A model generated the notes under the pieces. That model made no database searches. It saw only the letters and a list, made by a program, of their open reading frames with translations, and had not been told where the DNA came from. DNA of 64,000 nucleotides from a virus. Of this stretch, positions 29,751 through 40,349 are shown piece by piece. The stretch's first letter is position 1, and every line of letters begins with the position of its first letter. Where the stretch lies: positions 41,388-105,387 of IMG/VR virus record IMGVR_UViG_3300035670_000075, one strand, 5' to 3'. The position numbers were made by a program, and so were the translations under genes.

Positions 29751-30209
29751 ATGGCGCGCGGATTAAACAAAGTCATGCTCATCGGCAACTTGGGCGGCGA
29801 CCCTGATGTTCGCTCTAGCGCTGGCGGCATGACTATCGCCAAGTTTAGCTTGGCAACAAGCAGTTCACGCAAAGACCAGCAAACAGGTAATTGGATTGAA
29901 GAAACCGAATGGCACCGCGTCGCGCTGTTCGGCAGGCTAGCCGAGGTAGCACAGCAATACCTGCGCAAAGGCTCAAAAGTTTACATCGAAGGACGCATAA
30001 AAACGAATAAGTGGCAGGATCAGGACGGAAATGACCGCTATACCACTGAAGTTATCGGCAATGAAATGCAAATGCTTGATGGTCGTGGCAGTGGTGGCAG
30101 CAGTAGTCATCATGACGACCAAGCATATGAATCGCCGCAGCAACCAGAGCTGCAATCTCAGCAACCGCCTCCAGCGCCTAACGACTTCGACGACGACATT
30201 CCATTTTAA
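29751..30209 (+). CDS. ssb: Single-stranded DNA-binding protein
   Basis: MARGLNKVMLIGNLG.DP...TEWHRV...DFDDDIPF. Confidence 0.97.
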   Translation: MARGLNKVMLIGNLGGDPDVRSSAGGMTIAKFSLATSSSRKDQQTGNWIEETEWHRVALFGRLAEVAQQYLRKGSKVYIEGRIKTNKWQDQDGNDRYTTEVIGNEMQMLDGRGSGGSSSHHDDQAYESPQQPELQSQQPPPAPNDFDDDIPF

Positions 30210-30225
30210 GTTTAAGGAAACACCA

Positions 30226-30711
30226 ATGATCAAGCTTGATGTGAAGATAACCAACAAAGAGTTTTTCGCTGGACGAGACTTGCCAAACTACGCCACACCA
30301 GGCGCAGCGGCAATCGACCTGGTTGCGGCGATTGACAATAAGGTAGTCGTTCGCGGCGGAGCAGTTGAGATTATTCCAACTGGTATTGCCGTTGATATGA
30401 GTAAGCAAGGAACTGCTGACGAGGTTATGTCATTAGCCGCACTGATACTGCCGCGCTCAGGTATTGCCGTCAATCACGGTATCGTGCTCGGCAACTCGGT
30501 TGGGCTGGTTGATTCTGATTACCAAGGCGAAATCAAGGTGGCGGTATGGAACCGCAATATTCCAGGCAGCGGTGATTTTACGATCAACCCCGGCGACCGC
30601 ATCGCGCAAATGACATTTGTGCCAGTTGTGAGTGTGGCACTGAACGTGGTGGACGAGTTCGACTCACAGACGCTTCGCGGTGGCGGTGGGTTTGGGCATA
30701 CAGGGGTTTGA
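30226..30711 (+). CDS. dut: dUTPase
   Basis: PRSG, GLVDSDYQGE, GDRIAQ, RG.GGFGHTG. Confidence 0.96.
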   Translation: MIKLDVKITNKEFFAGRDLPNYATPGAAAIDLVAAIDNKVVVRGGAVEIIPTGIAVDMSKQGTADEVMSLAALILPRSGIAVNHGIVLGNSVGLVDSDYQGEIKVAVWNRNIPGSGDFTINPGDRIAQMTFVPVVSVALNVVDEFDSQTLRGGGGFGHTGV

Positions 30712-30712
30712 T

Positions 30713-31126
30713 ATGACACAAAAACTCACTCTCGGTGATGTAACCGTACCTAAAGACTGGATGCTGACAACAGACAAGAAATGCCTATCAAGTGGTCTGT
30801 CAGCATATTACTCAGCAATGAGCCACTTGTACGATGCTGAAAATGATGACAACAAGGAAAGAAGCCAATACAAGTACGCGATGGCATTGTCGAGCTTTAG
30901 CCGCTGCTTTGGTTATCTATCAAGATTCGAGGTGAACGTCATACCTGAAGAGCTTGATGCCAGCGACGAAAACCCGTTTTCTTATCTTAAAGTTGGCGAA
31001 ATGAAAACATTATGCGAACAATTTGATGCTGTGCTGTCAACGTACATTGCACCGGCATCGAAAGCGGTAATGCGCAAAAAATCCACAACCCAAAAAGGAA
31101 AGCACAATGCAAAGACCGGAAATTGA
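30713..31126 (+). CDS. Hypothetical protein
   Basis: Fills operon between dut and nrdJ. Confidence 0.55.
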   Translation: MTQKLTLGDVTVPKDWMLTTDKKCLSSGLSAYYSAMSHLYDAENDDNKERSQYKYAMALSSFSRCFGYLSRFEVNVIPEELDASDENPFSYLKVGEMKTLCEQFDAVLSTYIAPASKAVMRKKSTTQKGKHNAKTGN

Positions 31127-33755
31127 TTTCCAAAACACTCATGCTACGGCGGTAAAAGTCCTTGAGCGCCGTTACTTGAAAAAAGATGCCGACGGCAAGC
31201 CGGTAGAGAAACCTGAGGATATGTTCTGGCGTGTGGCGCAGAATATCGCACAGGCTGAATCAAGCTTTGAAAGCATCGAACAGTGGGCTGATACATTCTA
31301 CAAAATGATGGTACGCTGCGAATTTATGCCAAATTCACCGACTTTGATGAATGCCGGGCGCGACCTGCAACAACTGTCAGCCTGCTTCGTCCTGCCGGTT
31401 GGCGATTCGATGGAAGAAATCTTTGAAACACTGAAGCACACCGCGCTTATCCATAAGTCAGGCGGCGGCACCGGGTTTTCCTTTACGCGCCTGCGCCCGA
31501 AGAATGACCGCGTGCAATCTACCCACGGCGTATCCAGCGGCCCGGTATCGTTCATGAAGATTTTTGACGCCGCCACCGAGCACGTCAAGCAGGGCGGCAC
31601 GCGGCGCGGCGCGAACATGGGTATTTTGCGTGTTGACCACCCGGATATTTTGGAGTTCGTCGAATGCAAAGCCAATGGCGGCATTCAGAATTTCAATATT
31701 TCCGTCGCCATTACCGATAAATTCATGACCGCGATTGATAACGGCGGTGAATACGCACTGATCAATCCCCGCGACGGTAGCGAGCATAGCAAACTGAACG
31801 CCCGCGAAGTGTTCGGCAAAATCATCGACTTGGCGTGGAAAACCGGCGACCCTGGCTTGGTGTTCATCGACCGCATCAATGCCGCCGCGCCGACTCCGGC
31901 GCACGGCTTCATTGAAGCCACCAATCCGTGCGTGACTGGCGATACGCTGGTGATGACCGTTGATGGCGCGGTAACGGTGCGCTCTATCGTCGGCAAGCAG
32001 GTTACGCTACTGGTCAACGGGGACGAGCACCGCACTACGCAAATCGGGTTCTATGAAACTGGGGTAAAGAAGGTTTTTCGACTCGCTCTGGAAGACGGCA
32101 AGACGGTTAAGCTGACCGAGAACCACATGGTTATGGTGTACCGCGCTAACAAGCAGTTGTGGGTGGAAGCCAAAGACATCAAGACTGGCGATAAAGTCCG
32201 CGTACACGACCACGAAGAAGGCAAACTGCGCTACTCGCGCTTCCTCAGTTTGATCCCATGCGGTGAGGAAATGGTGTACGACGTACAGGTTCCTGGCGTC
32301 AACGCATTCGATGCCAACGGCATTTACGTCCACAACTGCGGTGAGTTGCCGCTGCAACCCAACGACGCTTGTACACTCGGCAGCATCAATGTCGCCAAGT
32401 TTGTTGACGAGAATGGTGATATTGATTGGGTACAGTTGAAAATCTGCGTGCAACACTCAGTACGCTTTCTCGATAACGTGCTGGACATGAACCACTACCC
32501 GCTGCCGCAAATCGCCGACATGACCCGTGGCAACCGCAAAATTGGCTTGGGCGTGATGGGCTTCGCTGACCTGCTGATTGAGATGGGCATTCCCTACGAC
32601 AGCAAAGAAGCCGTCAAAGTAGCTCACAACGTTATGGGCTGCATCAATGACACCGCTGACGCCTACAGCCGCGTACTCGGCGCTGAGCGTGGCGAGTATC
32701 CGTTCTGCGAAAAACCTGAGCACCGAGGTCGCCGCAATGCCACTGTCACCACCATCGCGCCGACGGGTACGATTTCCATGATTGCGGGGTGCTCCAGTGG
32801 TATTGAGCCGCTGTTCGCGCTTGCTTACGTCAAAAATGTGATGGACAACACGCCGCTTGTCGAAACTAATGCGGCATTTGAAGCCACAGCAAAAGCATTT
32901 GGTTTCTATAGCGACGAGTTGATGCGCAAGGTCGCCGAACATGGTGGTGTTCATGATATGGACGAAGTGCCGGAAGATGTGCGCAAGGTATTTGTGACTT
33001 CTCATGACATCGTTCCGCATTGGCACGTTGCCATTCAAGCGGCGTTTCAAGCGCATACCGAAAACAGCGTGTCGAAAACCATCAACTTAGCCAACAGTGC
33101 CACCAGAACTGACGTGCGCGAAGCGTATGAAATGGCGTGGAAAACTGGATGCAAAGGCATCACCATTTACCGTGACGGCTGCAAGGATACGCAAGTGCTG
33201 TACACTGGCACCAAAGACCCGAACAAGAAGCCTGAAGCGGTTGCCGGTACACCGGAAGTGACGGCGCACATCCATCCACGCAAGCGTCCTGGTGTTTTGT
33301 CTGGTGAAACACAAAAAGTCGGTACAGGTTGCGGTAGCCTGTATGTAACGGTCAACCAGGAAGAAGGTCAGCCAGTGGAAGTGTTTGCGCAAATGGGCAA
33401 AAGTGGTGGTTGCGCCACTGCACAAACACAGGCGATTACCCGCCTGGCGTCAATCGCGCTGCGTGCCGGTGTTGACAGCAAGGAAATCGCGGAACAGTTG
33501 ACAGGCATTCGTTGCCCTGCGCCGCAGTGGGGTGTTGGCGGCATGATTCTGTCTTGCCCTGATGGTATCGGCAAGGTGTTGTCTGGTTTAAGTTTGACCG
33601 CAGAGTTGCCTATGGGTGACAAAGCTGATAAACTGGTTAACAACAGTCTGAGCGGTGACATTGTTGGCATGTGTCCAGATTGCGGTCATGTGCTGGAGTT
33701 CGTCGAAGGCTGTTCGGTGTGCAAGTCGTGCGGGTTTTCTAAGTGCGGCGGGTAA
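31107..33755 (+). CDS. nrdJ: Class II (B12-dependent) ribonucleotide reductase with intein; C-terminal TSCPD-like domain and Zn ribbon
   Basis: PNSPTLMNAG, QLSACF, GGTRRGANM, ATNP|CGE, TIAPTGTIS, ILSCPD, CPDC..CKSCGFSKC. Confidence 0.95.
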   Translation: MQRPEIDFQNTHATAVKVLERRYLKKDADGKPVEKPEDMFWRVAQNIAQAESSFESIEQWADTFYKMMVRCEFMPNSPTLMNAGRDLQQLSACFVLPVGDSMEEIFETLKHTALIHKSGGGTGFSFTRLRPKNDRVQSTHGVSSGPVSFMKIFDAATEHVKQGGTRRGANMGILRVDHPDILEFVECKANGGIQNFNISVAITDKFMTAIDNGGEYALINPRDGSEHSKLNAREVFGKIIDLAWKTGDPGLVFIDRINAAAPTPAHGFIEATNPCVTGDTLVMTVDGAVTVRSIVGKQVTLLVNGDEHRTTQIGFYETGVKKVFRLALEDGKTVKLTENHMVMVYRANKQLWVEAKDIKTGDKVRVHDHEEGKLRYSRFLSLIPCGEEMVYDVQVPGVNAFDANGIYVHNCGELPLQPNDACTLGSINVAKFVDENGDIDWVQLKICVQHSVRFLDNVLDMNHYPLPQIADMTRGNRKIGLGVMGFADLLIEMGIPYDSKEAVKVAHNVMGCINDTADAYSRVLGAERGEYPFCEKPEHRGRRNATVTTIAPTGTISMIAGCSSGIEPLFALAYVKNVMDNTPLVETNAAFEATAKAFGFYSDELMRKVAEHGGVHDMDEVPEDVRKVFVTSHDIVPHWHVAIQAAFQAHTENSVSKTINLANSATRTDVREAYEMAWKTGCKGITIYRDGCKDTQVLYTGTKDPNKKPEAVAGTPEVTAHIHPRKRPGVLSGETQKVGTGCGSLYVTVNQEEGQPVEVFAQMGKSGGCATAQTQAITRLASIALRAGVDSKEIAEQLTGIRCPAPQWGVGGMILSCPDGIGKVLSGLSLTAELPMGDKADKLVNNSLSGDIVGMCPDCGHVLEFVEGCSVCKSCGFSKCGG
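31929..32336 (+). mobile_element. Mini-intein (136 aa, no homing endonuclease)
   Basis: Starts CVTGDT, block B LTENH, ends VYDVQV...IYVHN followed by Cys. Confidence 0.93.
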
Positions 33756-33784
33756 TACCTTAAACATACATCACATAATTAACC

Positions 33785-33807
33785 ACTCCCGCTTCGGCGG
33801 GAGTTTT
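33785..33807 (+). terminator. Rho-independent terminator
   Basis: ACTCCCGC-TTCG-GCGGGAGT-TTT after nrdJ. Confidence 0.65.
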
Positions 33808-34090
33808 GCGAGGCTATATGCGGATTGTTCACCAAGGCGATGAGATCGTTGGCTATGTTAATTACGATGGCAGAGGCAAAAAAGAAGTTGTAAGAATCTT
33901 GATTCAAGGCAAAGACATGAGCATTACAACCCCTGAGTTGTTGCCGAATAATCCTGACGAAGAAAACCTTATCGCTGCATGTTTTAACTCCGCTTTCTTA
34001 AAAGCATCTGAAGTTATACTCAACAAAAGCGTTATAAGACTTTAGACCAATCAACATACCGCGCTTCTGCGGTATTTTAGCGAGAACACA

Positions 34091-34396
34091 ATGGAACTTT
34101 CACATAAAGAAGCAGTAATCGTAACCGATTACCAAAACGTAATAGAGTGGCTTCGCCGACAAGGAGTTACGGCTGAAGTTGTTCCTGAAACTCCAGACAA
34201 GATTCGTGGTAAACACGTCATCGGCGATTTACCACCTCATCTGGCGACGGAGTGCTTTACGATTACAGCAATCGCTTTCGATAAGCCACCTATTAAGCGC
34301 CTCTCATACCTCAGCGCGGATGAGATGGAAGCGCACGGCGCACGACTGGAAACGTTTGTGGTGCGGCGCGTGGCTACGCCGGTTTTTTCGTCATGA
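34091..34396 (+). CDS. Csx16-like protein
   Basis: IEWL..QG, VIG.LP.HLA.EC, LSADEM...GARLE.F.V as in Csx16 (VVA1548 family). Confidence 0.7.
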   Translation: MELSHKEAVIVTDYQNVIEWLRRQGVTAEVVPETPDKIRGKHVIGDLPPHLATECFTITAIAFDKPPIKRLSYLSADEMEAHGARLETFVVRRVATPVFSS

Positions 34397-34704
34397 AAAT
34401 ACCCGACGACACATGGGATTTTATCTCGCAAACACTGCTCAAACTCAAAGAAGAGCGAGACAGGTTCGATGAAGCCAACGATGGCTTATTAATAGCGCCT
34501 GAATCTCCGCTGATAGAGCCGCTGAGCAACATCGAAGCACTGCTGGTTGATGCGCTGGACAGGATGATTGGCAATGGCGATAGTGATATAGAGTATTTTG
34601 TGTACGAGTGCAAGTTTGGCAGTAGCCCGCATAAAGCTGGCAAAGACCACGACATGAGAGAAATCAAAACGCTTGACGACTTGCGTTGGTTGATTGAGTT
34701 ATAA
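34393..34704 (+). CDS. Phage hypothetical protein
   Basis: ATGA coupling; IEYFVYEC.FG...IKTLDDL. Confidence 0.6.
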   Translation: MKIPDDTWDFISQTLLKLKEERDRFDEANDGLLIAPESPLIEPLSNIEALLVDALDRMIGNGDSDIEYFVYECKFGSSPHKAGKDHDMREIKTLDDLRWLIEL

Positions 34705-34743
34705 AGTTAATCTAACACCAAATAAATAAACGAGGACTTTTTT

Positions 34744-34977
34744 ATGATTGCAGATTTTATTGACCAGACAAAATTACCGTGGGTAATTGTTTGGCTTGAC
34801 TGGAATTTATTTAACTACTACTTGTCACTTATTGTTTTTATATTACTGGCAATGTCGCACTATTGGTACAAGATGCCATTTCATACTATTCATGGATTAT
34901 TAACTCTTCCTGTATTCGTGGGTTTTTGCGCTTGGGTAGTGTATTGCGCATTTACCGAAGGGTACTCTGTCGGTTAA
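34744..34977 (+). CDS. Small membrane protein
   Basis: Two hydrophobic segments; RBS GAGG. Confidence 0.55.
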   Translation: MIADFIDQTKLPWVIVWLDWNLFNYYLSLIVFILLAMSHYWYKMPFHTIHGLLTLPVFVGFCAWVVYCAFTEGYSVG

Positions 34978-35011
34978 TTTTATTAGTCAAATATAAATAT
35001 CAGGGGAAATC

Positions 35012-35575
35012 ATGGGGATTAAAAACGACAGATGGATTATCGACCAAGCAGCGCAAGGCATGATCAGACCTTTCGAGCAAAAGCAAGTCTCCAGATCGGC
35101 AGACAGCAGCAGACTGATCAGCTATGGCACATCAAGCTACGGTTATGACGTGCGCTGTGGCGACCATTTTAAGGTATTCACCAACATCAACACGACAATA
35201 GTTGATCCCAAAGCATTCGACCATGACTGTTTTGTTGAGCGTGTTGGCAATATCTGCATTATCCCGCCAAACTCATTTGCGCTGGCGCACACCGTAGAAT
35301 GGTTTCGCATTCCGCGCGACGTGCTGGTAGTTTGCCTCGGCAAATCAACATACGCCCGCGCAGGCATTATTGTAAACGTAACGCCGCTTGAACCAGAATG
35401 GGAAGGGCAAGTCACCTTGGAATTTTCCAACACCACACCATTGCCAGCCAAGATTTACGCCAACGAAGGCGTGGCGCAAATGATATTCATCGGTGCCGAT
35501 GAGGTTTGCGAAACATCGTACAAAGACCGATTGGGGAAATACATGGGTCAGCGTGGCGTGACCCTGCCAAGATAA
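35012..35575 (+). CDS. dcd: dCTP deaminase
   Basis: [42 protein letters not shown]. Confidence 0.97.
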   Translation: MGIKNDRWIIDQAAQGMIRPFEQKQVSRSADSSRLISYGTSSYGYDVRCGDHFKVFTNINTTIVDPKAFDHDCFVERVGNICIIPPNSFALAHTVEWFRIPRDVLVVCLGKSTYARAGIIVNVTPLEPEWEGQVTLEFSNTTPLPAKIYANEGVAQMIFIGADEVCETSYKDRLGKYMGQRGVTLPR

Positions 35576-35580
35576 ATGCT

Positions 35581-35763
35581 ATGACACACCAACCAAAAGG
35601 CGGTATGTGCGCAAGCTGCATACGCGCCATGAATGATTGCTCGCAACTTATCTTTTACGCCATGCCGGTTATAGGCATTGCCGATAAAGTTAAGATTGTC
35701 AGATGCACCAGTTATCAACGCAAGAAGGATTTGAAGCGTGAACCAACCAACCAGAGCAATTGA
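35581..35763 (+). CDS. Small Cys-rich phage protein
   Basis: MTHQPKGGMC..C....DCS...F..MPVI...IVRC. Confidence 0.55.
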   Translation: MTHQPKGGMCASCIRAMNDCSQLIFYAMPVIGIADKVKIVRCTSYQRKKDLKREPTNQSN

Positions 35764-35966
35764 AGTTCCAATTTACACCGACCCGTTCGGTTGTCCACGA
35801 TGTCAAGGAATTGATCAAGGCATCAAGCAAGGTGATTGCCTGTTTGTCATGCAAGCCAATACGCAAAATGCGTATTGCAGGCTGACTAATGTACATCTTG
35901 AAAGAGATGATGCCGGTGGGCTTGTTGCGCCAATGAATTGTCCGTTGTGGATTGTGGGGGCTTGAT

Positions 35967-36680
35967 ATGGACAGGTATAAAAGAAAAGAGATTATAGGAG
36001 ACGCAACGCTGTATTTAGCTGATTGTCTTGACGTTCTCCCTGCGATGAAAAAAGGTGATGCTGATATGCTTCTGGCAGACCCCCCATATGGAATTGAGTT
36101 TGTAGGAAGGGGCGGAGTCCACGAAATGATAAAAAACGATCATCGTGGATTTGACGTTTCTCCATATATAGAAGCTGCTCTCAAAGTATTAAAAAGAGGT
36201 CGTCACGTTTATATTTTTGGTGAATTAGATATTGATAATCTTCAGCTTTGCTCGAAAGCAGAGTTAATATGGGATAAAGAGATTTTTGGACTTGGAAATT
36301 TAGAAATACCGTGGGGAAAGCAGCACGAACGCATAACCTTTGCTGTTCATGAAATAAGCAAAAAAAACCGTGATAAAGGTTTTGGCGCTCTATCAGCACG
36401 AATCAGGCGTGGAAGCATACTAAGAAGCTTACGCCCGCACAGCGGAGGGGCGGTAAACCACCCAACAGAAAAACCAATTGATATTTTATGCCAAATGATC
36501 GAAAGCAGTTCAATGATTGGTGAAACCATATTAGACCCTTTTATGGGTAGCGGAAGCAGTATTGTAGCTGCCATTTGCGAAGGTCGCAAAGCTATAGGCA
36601 TTGAAATTGACGAAAAACACTTTGATACTGCGTGCCGCCGTGTTGATGATGCCACAAAGCAGAAGTCTCTTTTTTACTGA
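35967..36680 (+). CDS. N4/N6 (beta-class) DNA methyltransferase
   Basis: ADPPYG, HPTEKP, LDPFMGSGS, GIEID. Confidence 0.92.
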   Translation: MDRYKRKEIIGDATLYLADCLDVLPAMKKGDADMLLADPPYGIEFVGRGGVHEMIKNDHRGFDVSPYIEAALKVLKRGRHVYIFGELDIDNLQLCSKAELIWDKEIFGLGNLEIPWGKQHERITFAVHEISKKNRDKGFGALSARIRRGSILRSLRPHSGGAVNHPTEKPIDILCQMIESSSMIGETILDPFMGSGSSIVAAICEGRKAIGIEIDEKHFDTACRRVDDATKQKSLFY

Positions 36681-36897
36681 TTTTAGCTTTATAACTACTT
36701 ACTTAAAAGGTCGGTTAGGCATGAGAAAGCTACTGTTTTTATGGGCTGTTATTGCTTCAGTATGGGGATGGTGGAATCACGATGCCTACAACAACTTACG
36801 TAACAAAATGATTGCACAGGAAGATAAGTGCGGAATCGCTGACGTTGCTGCGAGTAAGTTTCGCCAGGTTAAATCTTGGTTTAATGGAGAGTAAACA

Positions 36898-37689
36898 ATG
36901 CACCAATACCTCGACTTCCTCCGCCACATCAGAAACAATGGCGTAACCAAAGCTGACCGCACCGGAACCGGAACCACCAGCGTATTCGGCTACCAGATGC
37001 GATTCAACTTGCGCCACGGCTTCCCCCTGGTGACAACGAAGCATGTCCACTTACGCAGCATTATTTATGAATTGCTGTGGTTTTTGCGCGGTGATACCAA
37101 CGTCAATTACCTACGCGACAACGGCGTGACGATTTGGGACGAATGGGCTGACGCCGACGGCAATTTAGGCCCGGTGTACGGTGCGCAATGGCGTAGCTGG
37201 CCGTCAGAGCATGGCGAGCATATCGACCAACTCGCCGAAGTTCTACACGACATCAAAAAGAATCCAGATTCCCGCCGTCTCATCGTCAGCGCATGGAACG
37301 TCGCGGAACTGAAACACATGGCGCTACCGCCGTGTCACATGCTGTTTCAGTTCTATGTCGCCAACGGCGCGCTGAGTTGCCAAGTTTACCAGCGATCAGC
37401 CGATGCGTTCCTGGGCGTTCCGTTCAACATCGCGTCTTATGCGCTGCTAACACACATGGTAGCGCAGCAATGCAACTTGCGCGTTGGCGAACTCATTTGG
37501 ACAGGTGGTGACTGCCATATTTACAGTAACCACACAGACCAAGTTGAATTACAACTATCTCGCCAACCACTAGAGCTTCCTCGGCTTGAACTGCGTAAAG
37601 CGCGTGATTTATTTTCCTATGACTACAGTGATGTGGTTATACACGACTACAGACCGCATCCACGGATATTTGCTGAGGTGGCAGTATGA
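36898..37689 (+). CDS. thyA: Thymidylate synthase
   Basis: DRTGTGT, ELLWFL.G, SRR...[25 protein letters not shown]. Confidence 0.98.
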   Translation: MHQYLDFLRHIRNNGVTKADRTGTGTTSVFGYQMRFNLRHGFPLVTTKHVHLRSIIYELLWFLRGDTNVNYLRDNGVTIWDEWADADGNLGPVYGAQWRSWPSEHGEHIDQLAEVLHDIKKNPDSRRLIVSAWNVAELKHMALPPCHMLFQFYVANGALSCQVYQRSADAFLGVPFNIASYALLTHMVAQQCNLRVGELIWTGGDCHIYSNHTDQVELQLSRQPLELPRLELRKARDLFSYDYSDVVIHDYRPHPRIFAEVAV

Positions 37690-38408
37690 GTATGAGTACG
37701 AGTATCGGGCTATGCGGCGCACACCGAACTGGCAAGACCACGCTGGCTCGGCGCTATGCCGAGATAAATAATATTCCGTTCGTGCAAATCAGTACCAGCG
37801 ACGTGTTCGAGCGTCATGGCTTAGACCCGGCAAAGCCCATGAGCTTTTCGATGCGCCTGTGGATTCAGGGCTTGATTCTCGCCGAGGCGAAAGCCGTGTG
37901 GGAAGGTACTCAACATTTCATCACCGACCGCACGCCAATCGACTTCATGGCGTACACGCTTGCTGACATACAGGGTGACACCGAAGTTGACGCGCCAGCA
38001 CTGAAAGAATACATGGCGCAATGCTTCGATGCATTGAGCAAATACTTCAGTCACCTGGTTGTCATCCAACCAGGTATTCCGCTGGTATTTGAGCAGGGCA
38101 AAGCGGCACTCAACAGCGCCTATATCGAACACCTCAATACGCTGACGCTTGGGCTATGTCACGACAGCAGAAATCTGGCTGGAGTCAGCGTCATGAGACG
38201 CGGTATGACAGATATTCAAAGCCGCGAGATGTGGCTTTCTAATGTCGTAGCATTCGGTGTGCGGAATGGTGACGGTAGACAACCTTCATTGATTGACAGG
38301 CTTGTTGCGGCAGAAGAAAAGCTGCGGCACTTGCAGTCAATTGTGACCACGGAGCATGAATCAAAAGGTGAGTTCATTGCTCGCGTAAGAGGCGTGTTGA
38401 AAAATTAG
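37686..38408 (+). CDS. P-loop nucleotide kinase-like (AAA_28) protein
   Basis: [25 protein letters not shown]; coupled to thyA. Confidence 0.75.
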   Translation: MSMSTSIGLCGAHRTGKTTLARRYAEINNIPFVQISTSDVFERHGLDPAKPMSFSMRLWIQGLILAEAKAVWEGTQHFITDRTPIDFMAYTLADIQGDTEVDAPALKEYMAQCFDALSKYFSHLVVIQPGIPLVFEQGKAALNSAYIEHLNTLTLGLCHDSRNLAGVSVMRRGMTDIQSREMWLSNVVAFGVRNGDGRQPSLIDRLVAAEEKLRHLQSIVTTEHESKGEFIARVRGVLKN

Positions 38409-38640
38409 TGTTTACAAATTGGTTTTAATTTTGTTAACATATGTCTATGCGTATTTATTTCTGATTACATTTTTAGATAGTGTATATAAAAAAGAGTGGC
38501 CGCGACTGAAAAACTCTGTACCTCAAATTGGGAACTCAATTTGGAAATGCGGGAGACGGAATCATGAATTCACCACCGATTGCCGGGTACGCTCACTCTT
38601 TTTTATGTGCATTAACTGAGATATTTGCATCGAGGATGAA

Positions 38641-39477
38641 ATGTCTAACATCGCATGGACACAAAAAACACTAAACTCAGCGACAGGCTGCACCGAAACA
38701 TCGCCTGGTTGCAAATGGTGTTACGCTAAGCTTCTGATGGAGCAGAGACTTGCTAAAATGCCGCACTTGGAAAAGTACGCCGGACGAAAGTTTCATGACG
38801 TGCAGTTTCACGAAGAAGAACTGCAAACGCTTTACAAAACACGCAAGCCGACTGTGTTCTTCCTGAACAGCATGTCAGACACTCTTCATGAGCGATTTGG
38901 CGAGCACGAAATATTAAAGACGCTGATCGCAATAGCAGATAACCCGCGCCATACTGTACAAGTTCTTACGAAGCGCGCTGAGCGCATAGAGCTTCTTGAG
39001 TCTGTATGGAGAAACCACGCTGGCGACAAATTGCCACGCAACATATGGCTTGGTGTAACCGTTGAAAATGCTGATTACATTGGCAGGATAGAGCATCTTC
39101 GCAACTCTAGCGCTGCCGTGAAATTTATATCGCTTGAGCCGCTGCTTAGCGATATACCGAACGTCGATTTAAGCGGGATTGATTGGGCGATTGTCGGCGG
39201 AGAGTCTGGACGCAAAGCCCGTGCAATGCATCCGAATTGGGTGCGCAATATCTTGCGCCAGTGCCGCGAGAATAACGTAGCATTCTTCTTCAAACAATGG
39301 GGAACTTACGCGCCAATAATCGGTGATCATATCAATCCTGGTGCGTGTAAAAAAACGCCTATCCATCTCGCACACGGTCATGCGTTTGAGAAAATGCGGA
39401 CGCCGAGATATGCTGTTTTGGATGGTGTTGTTTTGCAGGAGTATCCAAGGCATAGTGAGGAAAAGTTATCATGCTGA
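38641..39477 (+). CDS. DUF5131 (phage Gp37/Gp68, radical-SAM-like)
   Basis: I.WT, GCTETSPGCKWCYA, NSMSD, LTKR, EPLL, GGESG, FFFKQWG. Confidence 0.93.
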   Translation: MSNIAWTQKTLNSATGCTETSPGCKWCYAKLLMEQRLAKMPHLEKYAGRKFHDVQFHEEELQTLYKTRKPTVFFLNSMSDTLHERFGEHEILKTLIAIADNPRHTVQVLTKRAERIELLESVWRNHAGDKLPRNIWLGVTVENADYIGRIEHLRNSSAAVKFISLEPLLSDIPNVDLSGIDWAIVGGESGRKARAMHPNWVRNILRQCRENNVAFFFKQWGTYAPIIGDHINPGACKKTPIHLAHGHAFEKMRTPRYAVLDGVVLQEYPRHSEEKLSC

Positions 39478-39936
39478 ATTTGGATGACATGACCATAAGA
39501 TGAATCAGTAACAGAAATTCTTGAATATCGCTCACCGTGGAAAACAAAGCGAGCGGTAAAAAAAAAAGGCAAGTGGCTAAGCCGTCATGAGAAGCGCCCG
39601 CCGAGCGCTTGAAATTGCCACATCGGTACGAAGCATCACTGGCTCCAATAGGCAAAGGCGTCTTGAAATGCCGGTGTGTTGCGGTTCGATTCCGTGACTG
39701 TGCTTTTTTTATAGCTATAAGAAGTCAGCAAAATGCATCTCTATTACTGTGGACGTAAAAAATGGCGCGGTTATATGAATCGCGTAACTGAAGCTAGTAT
39801 GCTTGATGCTTTACCATTCGGGAAATTAATTGCGCGGGTAAAAAAGCATCAGGTTTATTTTGTATGTCGTGATGTTTCAAGAAGTCAGCAGGCAATTAAA
39901 TTGAAAAGATTTTGGCGGGCTTCGCGCAGTGAATAA

Positions 39937-40034
39937 AGATAACGCCCGAACTCAGGCGACCATTGCCGCCTATGAGCTTTAATTAACCAATTTAAACCGG
40001 CGGCAATGGGTCGGCCTTGACCGCCAAGTTAGGC
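39937..40034 (-). mobile_element. attC site
   Basis: Minus: GCCTAAC-5-GGTCAAGG-CCGA-CCCATTGCCGCC...GGCGGCAATGG...CCTGAGT-6-GTTATCT. Confidence 0.85.
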
Positions 40035-40053
40035 TTTTGCCTTTAGGATACAT

Positions 40054-40299
40054 ATGAACACAGACGATATAATGAATGAATCTGAGAAGCTTACAGAGGA
40101 ACTTGTAAAATATCTAGCAAAACGTAAAACAAACCGCGCAGTTGCGATCACGTCATTAGTAGATTGCTGCGTTTTTATCGCTACCGAGTCGAAAGATGAA
40201 AAAGTCATTTTCACAATACTTGATATGATTCATAAAAGAGTAGACTCAATTGCCAATGAGCTTTTTGCAGAGCGTAGCATATGGAAAGTTAAAGCCTAA
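40054..40299 (+). CDS. Cassette-borne hypothetical protein
   Basis: Cassette ends GTTAGGCTTT / AAAGCCTAAC are 10-bp complementary; stop lies in TAAC. Confidence 0.75.
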   Translation: MNTDDIMNESEKLTEELVKYLAKRKTNRAVAITSLVDCCVFIATESKDEKVIFTILDMIHKRVDSIANELFAERSIWKVKA

Positions 40300-40349
40300 C
40301 TTGTAGATAGGCAGAATGTTGAATAACTGTTATTTAACATTCTGCCTAT
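40294..40349 (-). mobile_element. attI-like site with 21-bp-arm palindrome
   Basis: Minus: ...CATTCTGCCTATCTACAAG|TTAGGC; palindrome 40307-40349; near-identical copy at 45816-45868. Confidence 0.65.
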
